In this document: positions 52,530 to 64,000 of the stretch, piece after piece | How the letters are laid out: each line of letters opens with the position of its first letter | Position numbering within the stretch: the first letter of the stretch is position 1 | Assembly: GCF_036321535.1 (NCBI RefSeq) | Contig: NC_087436.1 | Coordinates: forward strand, 108,192,001 to 108,256,000 | Source: Camelus dromedarius | Lineage: Eukaryota | Length of the DNA: 64,000 bases | Reading direction: 5' to 3' | Notes under the pieces: generated by a model | The model's database searches: none | What the model was told of the DNA's origin: nothing | Seen by the model: the letters and a program-made list of their open reading frames with translations, nothing else | Program-made: the position numbers and the translations under genes

Positions 52530-53700
52530 GTCTACCCAGGCAATAGAAATAAAAGCAAAAATAAACAAATGGGACCTAACTAAACTTATAAGCTCTTGCA
52601 CAACAAAGGAAACCATAAGCAAAACAAAAAAACAACCTATCAAATGGGAGAAAATATTTGCAAATTATGTGACTGACAAAGGTTTAATTTCCAGAATATA
52701 TAAACAGCTCATAAAACTTAGTAACAAAAAAACAAATAACCTGATCCAAAAATGGGCAGCGGACCTAAACAAGCAATTCTCTAATGAAGACATACAAATG
52801 GCCAGTGGGCACATGGAAAAATGCTCAATATCACTAATTATCAGAGAAATGAAAATCAAAACTACAATGAGATATCACCTCACACCAGTCAGAATGGCCA
52901 TCGTTAAAAATTCACAAAAGATAAATGCTGGAAAGGCTGTGGAGAAGAGGGAACCCTCCTATACTGCTAGCAGGAATGTATTTGGGTGCAGCCACTATGG
53001 AAAACAGTATGGAGATTCCTCAAAAAACTAAAAATAGACTTAGCATATGATCCAGCAATCCTACTCCTGAGCATATATCTGGAGGGAACTCTAATTTGAA
53101 AAGACACCTGTACCCCAGTGTTCATAGCAGCACTATTTACAATAGCCAAGACATGGAAACAACCTAAATGTCCATCGATAGATGACTGGATTAAGAAGCT
53201 GTGGTATATTTATACAATGGAATACTACTCAGCCATAAAAAAGAATAAAATAATGTCATTTGCAGCAACATGGATGGACCTGGAGATTGTCATTCTAAGT
53301 GAAGTAAGCCAGAAAGAGAATGAAAAATAGCATATGATATCACTTATATGCAGAATCTATAAAAAGAAAAAAAGAGGACAGTAATGAACTCATCCACAAA
53401 ACAAACAGACTTGCATTCATAGTAAACAATCTTATGGTTACTGAGGGAAACAGGATGGAGAGGGATAAATTTGGGAGTTTGAGATTTGCAAATATTAGCT
53501 ACTATATATAAAAATAGATTTAAAAAAAGTTTTCTTCCGTAGCACAGGGAATTCAGTATCTTGTAATAACCTATAATGAAAAAGAACATGAAAACGAATA
53601 TATGTATGTATATGTATGACTGAAACGTTATGCTGTACACCAGAGATTAACACAACATTGTAAACTGACTATATTTCAATAAAAAAGAATGCCAAAAAAG
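52530..53700 (+). mobile_element. 5'-truncated L1 (ORF2 C-terminus plus 3' UTR and A-rich tail)
   Basis: ORF translations [12 protein letters not shown]...[10 protein letters not shown] and [20 protein letters not shown]...EYYSAIKKN are canonical L1 ORF2p; 3' UTR shared with the other fragments. Confidence 0.97.
52540..53330 (+). pseudogene. Disrupted L1 ORF2p C-terminal coding remnant
   Basis: Homology split across ORFs 52669-53031 and 53118-53330 in different frames (frameshifts and stops). Confidence 0.92.
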
Positions 53701-53812
53701 AAGAAAAAACTAGGCATCAAAAGATTTGTACCCATGCTCATATAGAATTTTTGTTTTCATTGTTTTAAAAAAATTATCAAAACGCAAAGTATGTTAAAAC
53801 ATTATGAGACTC

Positions 53813-53861
53813 CAAAAACAAAAACAAAAACAAAAACAAAAGCAAGAACAAAAACAAAAAA
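53813..53861. repeat. (CAAAAA)n simple repeat
   Basis: Read directly. Confidence 0.9.
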
Positions 53862-54112
53862 CCCCTGAAACCTAGGCCAAGTGGCCTCTATAGAAAGATT
53901 GCAAAGACCTCTTAACACTTAACACGCACTGTAGAGCCATTCCACTGATTGAATGTGTCCTATGGGACGATAATACATATTGTATTCTTTAAACGTTAGA
54001 TCTGTAGTCATAAACATTTGGTAAGCAATGGATTAAACAAGGTTAAACTAGTTTTTCTTCCTATAAGACTTAAACCTTTAATACGCTATTAAGATTTGTA
54101 GATGTCTGAGAG

Positions 54113-54994
54113 CAGTCAATTCTCATTATCTGTGGCAGTTGTGTTCTGTAGAATCATTGTGAATACTGAATTAACAAGTATTGGGCCATTGTTCCTAGAG
54201 AAAATCTGGGGTTAGGTTCCTGTGAGCCTCTGGTCATATTTTCACCAACTAATCCATCAGTATCTTAGTATTATGTGTACTTCTGTTTAAAGACCTCCTC
54301 TTTTTAATATACAGTTGACCTTTGAACAACACAGTGGTTAAGAATGCTGAACCCCACGTAGTCAAAAATCCTAGTACCTTATAGTTGACCCAATCAATAT
54401 CAGTGATTTTTCTGTATCTGCAGTTCCATGTGTGTGATTCAACCAACCTTGGATCATGTAGCCCTCTAGTATTTACTATTGAAAAAAATTGCATATAAGT
54501 GGACCTGCACAGTTCAAACCTGTGTTGTTCAAGGGTTAACTGTATGTTGTTGGTTTTTTAACATTGAACTCACAGGCAACAACCCTATGCCTCATGTTTG
54601 AATGAAGCTTATCTAATGCTCCCTTTTTCTCCATAAGGCACAGTGTCTTGTGCTTAGGTCGCTAGACAGCACTTCAGTACTGTGTATGGGGCTGCTTTAA
54701 ACAGCAAAATCACCAACATAAATGACAAAATATGGAAAACATGGCCCTAAAAACTGTGAAAAGGACACGTTTACAGTTTGAGAGCTGAATTGAAACAAGA
54801 AGGCAGAATGTCACCTTTCTCCAAGTCAGCTAGGAATGTGCACATCAGGTGACTCAGATTTTTTGGTGCTTACACATGTACAAATCTGTGAATGACCTCA
54901 TAGCACCATAAGTATCAATATGGAGATTACAGCTAAATTTTAGCAAGTGGTTTCATTTACAAGTACAGAACCTGTGAATAATGAGAACCAACAG
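54113..54994. mobile_element. MER82-like TcMar-Tigger element, split by a nested MITE
   Basis: Imperfect TIRs CAGTCAATTCTCATTAT ... ATAATGAGAACCAACAG followed by TA; GGGTTAGGTTCCTGTGAGCCTCTGGTCA and GAAACAAGAAGGCAGA match recalled MER82. Confidence 0.85.
54312..54542. mobile_element. Tigger2/MER8-like MITE with TA TSD
   Basis: 23-bp TIRs CAGTTGACCTTTGAACAACACAG / CTGTGTTGTTCAAGGGTTAACTG (2 mismatches), flanked by TA on both sides. Confidence 0.93.
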
Positions 54995-55197
54995 TATAAC
55001 TTAATGACATTTATGTATTTACTTAATCATTCATTCAACATTCAATGAATATTTATCGGGAGCCTCCTGTGTGTTGGGAATTGTCCATTTCCTAAGAGTC
55101 AGGAGTTAGGGAAAAAACATCATCCTTGCCTCCATGAAATGGACAATTTAGTATGGATTAGAACCAGCATTAGATAAAATCCTCTCCTGTTCTCTTG

Positions 55198-55673
55198 TGC
55201 CGACTGAAATAAATGCGCAGCCTGAAAGCCAAGAGTTATGTTTTATTTGGCGGGAGGACTTGAGCCAGGATGACAGCCTCTCAGATCACTCTGAGGGACT
55301 GCTCTGAAGAGGTAGGGGAGGAGCTAGGATATATAGGAGCTTTACAACAAAGACCAGGTAGTTGGAACGTTAAAAGATTACTTGTTATCTAAAGAAAACC
55401 ATGCATCTCAAGTTGAAGAATTTAGTGCTTTTGTATGTATAGGAGGAAGCAAACATTTGGGCTCACTGAATTCATTCCTTTGACAAGCACCTAGCTATCT
55501 AGGGCCAGTGTCCTGTCCTTTCTTATTCTGAGTCCCCTCAGAGGGCACCATTGTGAGTGGCTGCAGAGGCCGGGCTGCAGGCCTGTCCTCACTGAGGGGG
55601 TGGCGGCAGCCGCTGATGACTTGGTTTCAGCATTTTTTGTTTACTGATACGGTTGCAGTTATTTTCGTTCACA
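55198..55673 (-). mobile_element. Solo ERV1 (gammaretrovirus-like, MER4/MER34-group-like) LTR
   Basis: TG...CA termini, 4-bp TSD CTTG at 55194-55197 and 55674-55677, minus-strand TATATA near 55330 and AATAAA near 55243. Confidence 0.9.
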
Positions 55674-56714
55674 CTTGACAAAGTACATTTTGAACCCACA
55701 TGCAAATAATTTTGTACTTGGGAGCTTGGTGGATCTAGGATGCAAAAACATTTCCTTGATAACTTTGAGGACAATGGTCGCTCTAAGCTAAGCTTGCCAC
55801 TATGGGCAAGAGCTATCTAATGTTCTGCAGTATGAGATGGTTTTGCCTTACATCAGGGTTACCCAAATCTGTCTCTTTCCATCAGAGATACTAATCAGTT
55901 TTAACTTTAAAAAATAAAACAGAATCTCTGACTCACTTACTTTTGGAAACTCTGATTTAAGTTTCCTTTAATGCAGGGCTTTTCAACGCTTTCATATGCT
56001 AAAGAACATCATGAATTTTCTGGTGGGTGATAGAGAATGCAGTTTCTGAAATTTATTTGACCACAATCTGTTTTGGGGGGAGGGTGGCAGTTGGATGTGC
56101 AAAAACCAGCTCCTCAAGACACTGACACCCAAAGTTTCCCTGGAGCACTCTCAGAGGCGGTCAGATCTGTGGCTGTCATCCAGGAGCTTCTCTTGTATCC
56201 TGTTCTGGAACATACTACCTTCAGGGTCTCCAAGTTTTCTTCTTCCTGTGCTCCAAGCTTCTCTTGATGGTTAATGCTTTGTTTACATCATGTTTATATC
56301 AGAAGGGCCTTGATTTCTGGAAGGCACCTCTGGTGGACGCCAAAACTTCTTTCCTTGAGTTTAGACTTCTGATTATCCCTAATAAGAGAGCAGCCTCTTT
56401 CTTGTTCATACTCACCTGATGTGAGCCTCGATGTCAGAGTGTCCGAAGCATCCACGTGCAGCAACTCTAGCTGTGGCTCAGTGTTGGAAAACTGCTGCTT
56501 GAACGCTGTGTACCTGTGATGTTGTCTATTTTTGTTATTAAAGGTCATCATGTGGCAGTGTGATTTTAACTACAAAATGTAAGACTTCTTCTTATCTTAT
56601 TTGGCCATGTGTCTGTTCTATAAAAGCAAAAAAAAAAAAAAGAAAGAAAGAAAAAAGATTCCTCTCGTGATAACACATGCCCTTGGATTTGTGTGAAAAT
56701 ATATTTGGGAAGGC

Positions 56715-56955
56715 AAGGTGGTTTAGCAGAAGAAGCACTGAGATTTTCAAATCTGATGACCTAATTAAGTCAAAGGCCCAGCATTTCTATTTGTTATAAT
56801 AGTGTATTATTATGTACACAAATTATTGAAACTCTGTGCACCTCGATTTTATCATATGTAAATTGGCAAAATTGCCAATAGGATTCTTAAAAAGCATGTA
56901 GAAAGGTGTCTGGTAGAACTTCTGAAAAAGAATAGGCGCTCAGTGCATGTTAGCT
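56715..56955 (+). mobile_element. MIR SINE
   Basis: CTCTGTGCACCTCGATTTTATCATATGTAAATTGG; TAGGCGCTCAGTGCATGTTAGCT. Confidence 0.7.
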
Positions 56956-57131
56956 CAATTCAGACATTAAAATTTCAGTGAAACTCTTTCCATTTTCTGT
57001 AAGGTCTCATATAAATGTATAAACAAAGTCATGGAGCATTATGCACAAGTAAAATTTTTTCTTAATTTACAGCACCAAGGAAATCAATATTAAGAATATG
57101 AAGAACCCCTGAATCCATTCATTATTTTTGT

Positions 57132-57226
57132 CCTTCCTTCCTTCCTTCCTTCCTTCCTTCCTTCCTTCCTCCCTCCCTCCCTCCCTCTTTCTTTCTCTCT
57201 TTCCTCCCCTCTCCCTTCCTTTCTCT
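57132..57226. repeat. (CCTT)n/(CCCT)n microsatellite
   Basis: Read directly. Confidence 0.95.
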
Positions 57227-57787
57227 CAATGGAGCATTTTCTGCTGATTCTTGTAATTTAGGAAGAATGAAATTTTATAAAGACCACCTTATAAAATGGG
57301 ATCCCCAAGTTTGACAAAAGACACTTCAGCTGCTGTGATGGAAGACGTGGAACTGTAAAGTGTGGGAGGCCCGCTGCATTAGCGGGAGTCCAGGTAGTTT
57401 TTCTATGCACTGGATGGATTTGGAAAGCTATTTGTTTAAAAGCTATTTGTTTTTATGCATTGGATGGATTTTAAAAGCTATAGTTTTACGATAATGGTTT
57501 TGTGGTTTTAGTCTTGCCACGTTCGCATAGGGCACACACACTGGCATTGTAGAAGCTTGAGTGAGACTGTGAGTAATGAGGAAGATGGAAAGAAAGAACA
57601 GCCTGTGGCTCTTTAGGAGAGAAGTAATAGGCTAGAGCTAAAAGGAAGTGGGCCTCGTTTGCCCTCCTGCTCCACACCTACCCGCGAGGATATGGGCCTC
57701 GAAAGCCAGGCTCATATTCCCACTGGTCCCTACTCTCAACACAGAGCGTGGTGCCTTGTATGCTGTAGGTGCATATTTATGGATGAA

Positions 57788-58240
57788 GTTATTAGTTTCC
57801 TAGGGCTGCTGTAACAAAGTACCATAAACTGTGTGACTTAAAACAACAGAAATGAATTATCTCACCATTCTGGAAGCTAGACATCCAAAATCAAGGTGTT
57901 GGCAGGGCCATACTGCCCCTGAAGGCTCTGAGGAAGATCCTTCCCTTGACTCTTCAAGCTTCAGGTGGTTGAGGACAATCCTTGGCATTCTTTGGTTTAT
58001 AAACGCATCACTCCATTGTCTGTCTCCTCATGGCCTTCTTTTTTGTGTGTCTGTTTCTGTGTCCAAATTTCCCTCTTCCTCTAAGGACTCCAGTCTTACT
58101 GGATTTAGGATCCATTCTAACCCAGCATGACCTTGTCCTAACTTCATTATATCTATAAAGACCCTATTTACAAATAAGATCACGTTCACAGGTTCCAGGT
58201 GGACATGAATTTTTTAGGCAATACTATTAAACCCTGTACA
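57788..58240 (-). mobile_element. MLT1B/C-like MaLR solo LTR
   Basis: ATTAGTTTCCTAGGGCTGCTGTAACAAAGTACC...AAATCAAGGTGTTGGCAGGGCCA...AAGACCCTATTTACAAATAAGATCAC. Confidence 0.92.
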
Positions 58241-59559
58241 GATAGTGATTTTTGTTTGTTTGGTTTTGGCTTCTGCAGTGTGCCAAGAGCTATACCAGAC
58301 ACACAAAAATTGATAAGCTTATGTGCTTTAGAATACAAATGTTTAAAAGTTTCCTACTGCTCTTTTGGTATCATGAACTTTAAAGCATAAGCGATATTCA
58401 GTGTGTTCTGTTCTATGGTGTAGCACATTTACCCACCATTACTGTCCAGAAGCTGCCGTTAGGCACCACATTAAAAGCAACCTTCAACAGTATACTGTCC
58501 AGTGAACGTTGACGTCTAAAATACAAGTTTGAAAATGACAGCAAAAGTTTTGAGTAGTTTTTACACTGGCAAGAACCTTGATCTACCACACAGTTTGGGA
58601 AATAAAAGAGTATCTGAAATATCTATGCCAATTTAATCCTCAGTGAGTAGTGCCCAGAGAGCAGACTCTGGTTTTTCACTAAATGGACAGGAAGTGTGAT
58701 CATGAGGAAATGAAACTGTTGTGTGGATGTACAGAAATTCTCTCTCATTGCTATATCGCCTCAGTGTAATTTCACAGTTGTTTCTTTAAGTGGTACATAT
58801 TTGAGGGGAAGAAATGGACATAAGATGGTGCAGTGGAAGAAAACATAGATTTTGCATTAGGGCTTCCTGTCCAGTGCTGAGACTTACTAACTTTGAATAA
58901 ATTACTTATCTAGTTTTTGTTTCGTTTGCTTTATTTTTAATATAGAGAAGCAGTAGTCTCTTCTTGGACTGTTATACAGATTAAATGAGGTAATAACATA
59001 GCAGCTACATAGAGAGTCTTCTTTCTTTTACCTTTTGGTTATTTGTTATCATTTGTTGCAATCAAACTTAAAATACAAGGTAAAACAAAACAATACTGAG
59101 AACGTAGAATTAGCAGATGCAGCAATACATCAGAATTTGTACACCATGTGAACTTGTAACATTGCCTAGCTTGCAAAATCTCAAATATTCAGCTTCAGCA
59201 AGGCATCAGCAGCTGGGCCCATGGGTTTTAGCACTTATGCTCTTCTGGCCCAGTTTTCTCTTCTTGACTTCCTGGAATTAAATGAAGCATCTGGAAGCCA
59301 ATGACATCTCCCCACCTGAGCCTCCTTTGCTCTCCCAGTGCCTAATTCGTGTGAGCTTGTTTGAGTGAGAGTGCCCAGGAATCGCTATCAGGCAGGTGAA
59401 GGAAAGCCCCTGGCACCATCATTGGGCATAATGACTAGTCCAGCAGCTTGAAAAAGACAGAGGCTAAGAGTCACTGAGGGAGAGTATTTGGAAACTGGTG
59501 TACCAGCTCCAAAGAGCCAGGGTTTTAGGGATGAGGTAGCATCCAGGAGCAGACATTTT

Positions 59560-59887
59560 AAAAATGATACAAATGAATTTATTTACAAGCCAGAGATAAA
59601 CTCATAGACATAGAAAACAAACTATGATTACCAAAAGGGGAAAGAGTGAGGAGAAGGGGTAAATAGAAGTTTGAGATTAACATATACACACTACTATATA
59701 TAAAATAGATAAACAACAAGGACCTACCTTATAGCACAGGGAACTCTATTCAATATCTTATAATAAGCTATAATGGAGAAGACTGCAAAACAATAGATGT
59801 ATGTATATGTATAATTGAATCACGTTGCTGTACACCTGGAGCTAACACAATATTGTAAATCAACTATACTTAAATTAAAAAAAAAAA
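59560..59887 (+). mobile_element. L1 3' UTR fragment (older cetartiodactyl L1 type) with A tail
   Basis: AAAATGATACAAATGAATTTATTTACAA...ACACTACTATATATAAAATAGATAAACAACAAGGACCTAC...AATCAACTATACTT. Confidence 0.93.
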
Positions 59888-60719
59888 CACACGAAGCAAA
59901 AATGGATGGAAACTTAAAAAAAACACCCCAGGGATTGTTAATTTAGATAATATATATGCTTATCTTTGAGAAACTCTAGAATAAAAGCAAAAATAATGTA
60001 TAGTCAGAGAATGAGGAACCCAGAGACTGGAATATATTCCCCAAAGTAACAGCATGAAGTGTTGAGCACATTTTGTTTCTCCAATCAATTCATATGGAAA
60101 TATAGATTTTAAATACAGAATTAATGAAAATAGAGTCTTTTCAAACTCTACAGAAATTAAGCAGGGTGTTTCAGAAAAGTAGAGTCTAGAATTCCTACAA
60201 CTAAAATGATACTTGCATTCTGTTTTTCCTAGCTATCATGGTACTTTACAGAAAGGAGGGGTTGGCAAAAATGACAGAGAAACATGACTGGTATAAAATC
60301 TAACAGTGATGGCTTAGCACTTTCAGAGGAAAAGAGAGCTTTGATTTAAGACTGTAGACTCTGAGTCTTAATTTTATAGTTTATTGGAAATATATCTTGA
60401 AAAATGTCTTATTGTACCCTCACAAATGAAGTTCCCAAGAATGAAATCTTCTAAGTAGTCTTGTCTAGCAATAGGAAGACTCTTCTAGCCAAATCTTGTT
60501 TTAGAGCCAGGGGTATTCATGTTATTTTATGATGCATTCCAGTTCACAGATTGAGATATGTTGTAAACTACTTTGTTTTGTAAACAAAGATTAATTTATC
60601 TATTATCTATTGAATGAAGCTTGGTCAGCCTGAGAGCTCCTTGAGAGCAAAACCGAATCATTTTCATCTTTGTAGCAACAACTGCGTCTTTCTTAGAGAC
60701 TAAATTGGGATAAGTAATC

Positions 60720-60842
60720 AATACATTTGAATGGAATACATTTGAATGGAATGGACTGGAATATAAAGGAATAGAGTGGAATGGAAAGGGATGAAATGGA
60801 TGGAATGTGGAGTAGAAAAAGATGGAATGAAGTGAGTGGATG
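60720..60842. repeat. Degenerate (GAATG)n tract at an L2 3' tail, including a 15-bp tandem duplication
   Basis: AATACATTTGAATGG twice, then GGAAT-like units, following L2-like sequence at about 60620-60720. Confidence 0.75.
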
Positions 60843-61234
60843 CACCAGAGTTTTGACTCAGATCAGTTCTGGATGAATTGATGGCATATGCCTCAGGGCC
60901 ATAAAGATGAGGAGGACCAGACTATGCTCAAGGATACTTCACTCAACTTCTGCCCTCATTTTCAACTCTGCCTGCAGTACAGCACCATACTCTGCTGGTC
61001 CTGGTCTGCCTCTGAGGTCCCAGATAGGAAGTTGCTCAGTTGGCTCCATGGTTCTCTTGTCAGGAAATGTGCTCTGGGACAGTAATGTCCTGCAGGCAGG
61101 CATCTAGCAGTCACTTTAACAGTCAGGGTACATTATGAAGCACTGTAAGAGCTAAAAATGAAGAGGGAAGCTGTAGTTACCAATGTCACCATTCTGTCCC
61201 CATCTCACATTATTCCTTTAAAAAGCACCATTGT

Positions 61235-61470
61235 GCAGTTGTCAGGAGTATGTGCTTAACATCAGAATATCTCGTTTTTAATGTAGGCTCTACCACCATC
61301 ACTGTGAACTCAGGTAAGTTATTCAAGTTCATCCAACCTTTATTTCCTCACCTGTAAAATGAGGATAACAGTACCTACAGCAAAACATTGTTAAAATTAA
61401 ATGAAAATAAAATCCATATAAAGCCCTTTGCAAAATCCCTTTTCATGTTACATGTTATATTAATGTTAGT
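61235..61470 (+). mobile_element. MIR SINE
   Basis: TTTCCTCACCTGTAAAATGAGGATAACAGTACCTAC. Confidence 0.8.
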
Positions 61471-61769
61471 AATTATTTAAAGGTCAAGATGTTACTGATA
61501 TGATATTTCAGTGCAGTTTAGTGTTTCTAAAGATAACATGGAACTCTTTATATTCCAAAACCACAAGGTATCTGTCTTCACAGAAATAATTCAAGGTAAT
61601 ATTCTGTACATGATTACTATAAACACTGCTTGCACAGTGACTCCTCTTCCTTTTTCCCCCTCAACCACTGGGGTTTAAAAGAAAATTTAACATCAATTTT
61701 TTAAAAAGGGTTTGGTTTCAATTTAAGCCAGAACTTTTGTGATTATGGAAAATCTAGGAAATGCTGTCC

Positions 61770-61980
61770 ACAGGACTGTGCGAAGTGCTTATAAGCCTTC
61801 AGCCATTAATTTTCATAGACTATCCAGTAGGTACTATTCCTATTTTATAGATGAGGAGACTGAGTCACAGAGATGGTAAATAATTTACCTAGATTCACAT
61901 ATTTAGTTAGTGATAAAGCCGTAATTCAAACTCAGCAGTTTCGACTCAAAGATCATACTCGACTACTATTCTGTACCACT
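61770..61980 (-). mobile_element. MIR SINE
   Basis: CCTATTTTATAGATGAGGAGACTGAGTCACAGAGATGGTAAATAATTTACC. Confidence 0.85.
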
Positions 61981-62362
61981 GTTGTCATCATTTAAGGAGC
62001 TTTAGGCTTTCTTTGGTTTTCATAAAGCTTTCTAAAGGAGTCATCTTCTTATGTCTGATGTGTCCACTTTCATGACTTTCCAAAGCTCAGTGGCTATCCA
62101 GAGCATCTGTTTCACTATGTCTTTTTCTTGTAACTTCTCAACACTTTGTGAAAATTGTTCCAGCTTTTATTTATTTTACATCACTTTTGTCTGTCCAACA
62201 TCAATTTTTTAAATAAGTAAGTTTTCTAGGATTCACTGAGGAAGAATAAATGAAATACCTAGTTAACATTGTACCTATAATAAATGAGGCACTTATTAAA
62301 ATATTTATCTGGTTTATCTTTATTGTCTATCCATACTAAACTCCAACTTAATTTCAGTACAT

Positions 62363-62570
62363 TTGACAGATATGCACTACTATATACAAAATAGATTAAA
62401 AAAACAAGGACCTACTGTATAGCACAGAGAACTTTATTCAATATCTTATAATAATTTATAAAAGAAAAGAATCTGAAAAAGAACGTGTGTGTGTGTGTGT
62501 GTGTAACTGAATCCCTTTGTTATATACCTGAAACTAACACAATGTTGTAAATACTTCAAGTAAAAAAAAT
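62363..62570 (+). mobile_element. 5'-truncated L1 3' UTR fragment with internal (GT)10
   Basis: CACTACTATATACAAAATAGAT...AAGGACCTACTGTATAGCACAG; GT run at 62485-62504. Confidence 0.92.
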
Positions 62571-63244
62571 TTTTTAAAACATGGCTTTTCTCCAGAAAGT
62601 CGTTATTGATCATCTTATCTTCCCATTGGATATTAAATTTGGGCTTGAATATAACAGATGAAAATGGTCTAAAACAGGATAGGGCAATTAAGCCAGTTAG
62701 CAGTCAGGACAAGCTGGACCACATTTTGATGTCATCCTGTATTTGCCTGTTTCATCCTTTAAAAATCAGTTAATCCATAAAGCAAAACAAGCAATTTGCT
62801 TTTAGCCCTATTAACAATACATTCATAAAAGAGGAAGACTTTGGACAACAAACAAAGCTGGAATGAGTGGTGCAAACATTTGGTAGCCACCTGGTGAGTT
62901 GGAACAAGCATAATCTTTGGAGACAGACACACTTGAGTTGGGATCCTGGATCTCACCTATGTTGCTTTGAGACTTTGCACGTTATCTACCTTTGCTAGCT
63001 ATAGTTTATCAGAAAGAGGAGAGGCTTGGATAGGGTGACAAATATTTTCTAATTTGCTTGAGTCTTTTCTGGTTTTACTACTGAAAGTCCTACATCCCAG
63101 GAAACCCCTCTGTACCAAATAGTGATGGTTGATCACCCTGCAAAAATGTGAGGATTTAGTCAGATGATAGTTGTGAAATGCCTGTAAACTGGGCTTTGAA
63201 TGAATTGTAGGTATTATATTAATGATGTTGGTCTTGGAAACATT

Positions 63245-63655
63245 CTGTTTTAGGTTAGGTTCCACAGAATCAGACTCTTGTGCAGGTGGCTTATTGTTAG
63301 GGTGCTCAGGTAGACACAGGAGGGAGTGAGGAGGCAGAGTAGGATAAGGCTAGATTAAGGTGTCAGCCCAGCTGAAGTTTAGCCTCAGCCTGATTCTATG
63401 GAAAATTCTGGCTTGTATGTGGCATGGCAGATGGCACCACAGAGTTGCCTCACTTTGGGGGAAGGGGGCTGGCCATTTGTTTGTTGCATCATTTAGCCAC
63501 TGGCCGTAGGCTACGACAGTTGGGCGTTTCCAAGCAAAGGCGGTTCTTGGGAGAGACTCACAGCTGTGCACTGCTAAGAGCAACACTGTGCACTAAGAAT
63601 GGGCGCCCCAGACTGTGGAGGGGGTCTGAGCAGGTGCCACCAGCGTCTTCTACAA
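63245..63655 (-). mobile_element. LTR16-like ERVL LTR, degraded
   Basis: TGTTTTAGGTTAGGTTCCACAGAATCAGACTCTTGTGCAGGTGGCTTATTG resembles reverse LTR16-group termini. Confidence 0.65.
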
Positions 63656-64000
63656 CTGCTCAAGAGTTTCCTGAAAGATCATTCTAGCAGTCAGTTTAAA
63701 TGAGGGAGCCTGCATTCATAATATGTCACTACTAAATGGCTTTTGTTTTGATACATAGCTGTCCAGCTATCTTCCTGATTTACAGAACTTTAACAGAACA
63801 TTTATGGAACATTATTGATTAGTCATCTAGAGGGGATTTTAAACTCCTTCGGAAGATGGTACTATATAGTTATAAATATTGTTGGTTCTCTCTGGCAGGT
63901 GTAGAGGAGAATTCTTCTCTTTTCCCTTAATTTATTAGCTTTCAATAGGACATCTAACACTTGAGATACAAAATAGAAAAGCAATAAAGTTGATTTTTAA

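Noticed and set aside
60720..60842. Satellite-like (GGAAT)n array
   Set aside because: Short, degenerate and located at an L2 3' end, whose tail is a TGAA-type repeat
1..64000. Inferring host-gene strand from repeat orientation
   Set aside because: Younger L1 fragments are mostly on + while LTRs are mostly on -, giving conflicting signals; no exon anchors a gene

Overview
Mammalian, AT-rich, non-coding DNA (deep intron or intergenic), most likely from a camelid (alpaca/llama/camel). That call rests on two tRNA-Ala-derived SINEs matching the camelid vic-1 type and on cetartiodactyl-type L1 3' ends. I recognise no protein-coding exon, RNA gene, CpG island or promoter. The only ORFs with a recognisable product are decayed L1 ORF2p pieces at 52.7-53.3 kb, plus a short Tc2/pogo (Kanga1-like) transposase remnant. 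The window is a mosaic of L1, L2, MIR, MaLR/ERVL/ERV1 LTRs and hAT/TcMar DNA transposons, separated by unique blocks that may be conserved non-coding elements. Most notable: (i) five short L1 3' fragments all begin just downstream of a G-quadruplex-like tract seen intact in a longer copy; (ii) a clean solo ERV1 LTR with a 4-bp TSD; (iii) a near-perfect nested 107-bp/24-bp tandem duplication; (iv) a SINE pair within one TSD; (v) a CpG-retaining, hairpin-rich unique element at about 16.9 kb. I found no convincing new biological system. Repeat subfamily names come from recalled consensus sequences, not a search, and boundaries of old repeats are approximate.
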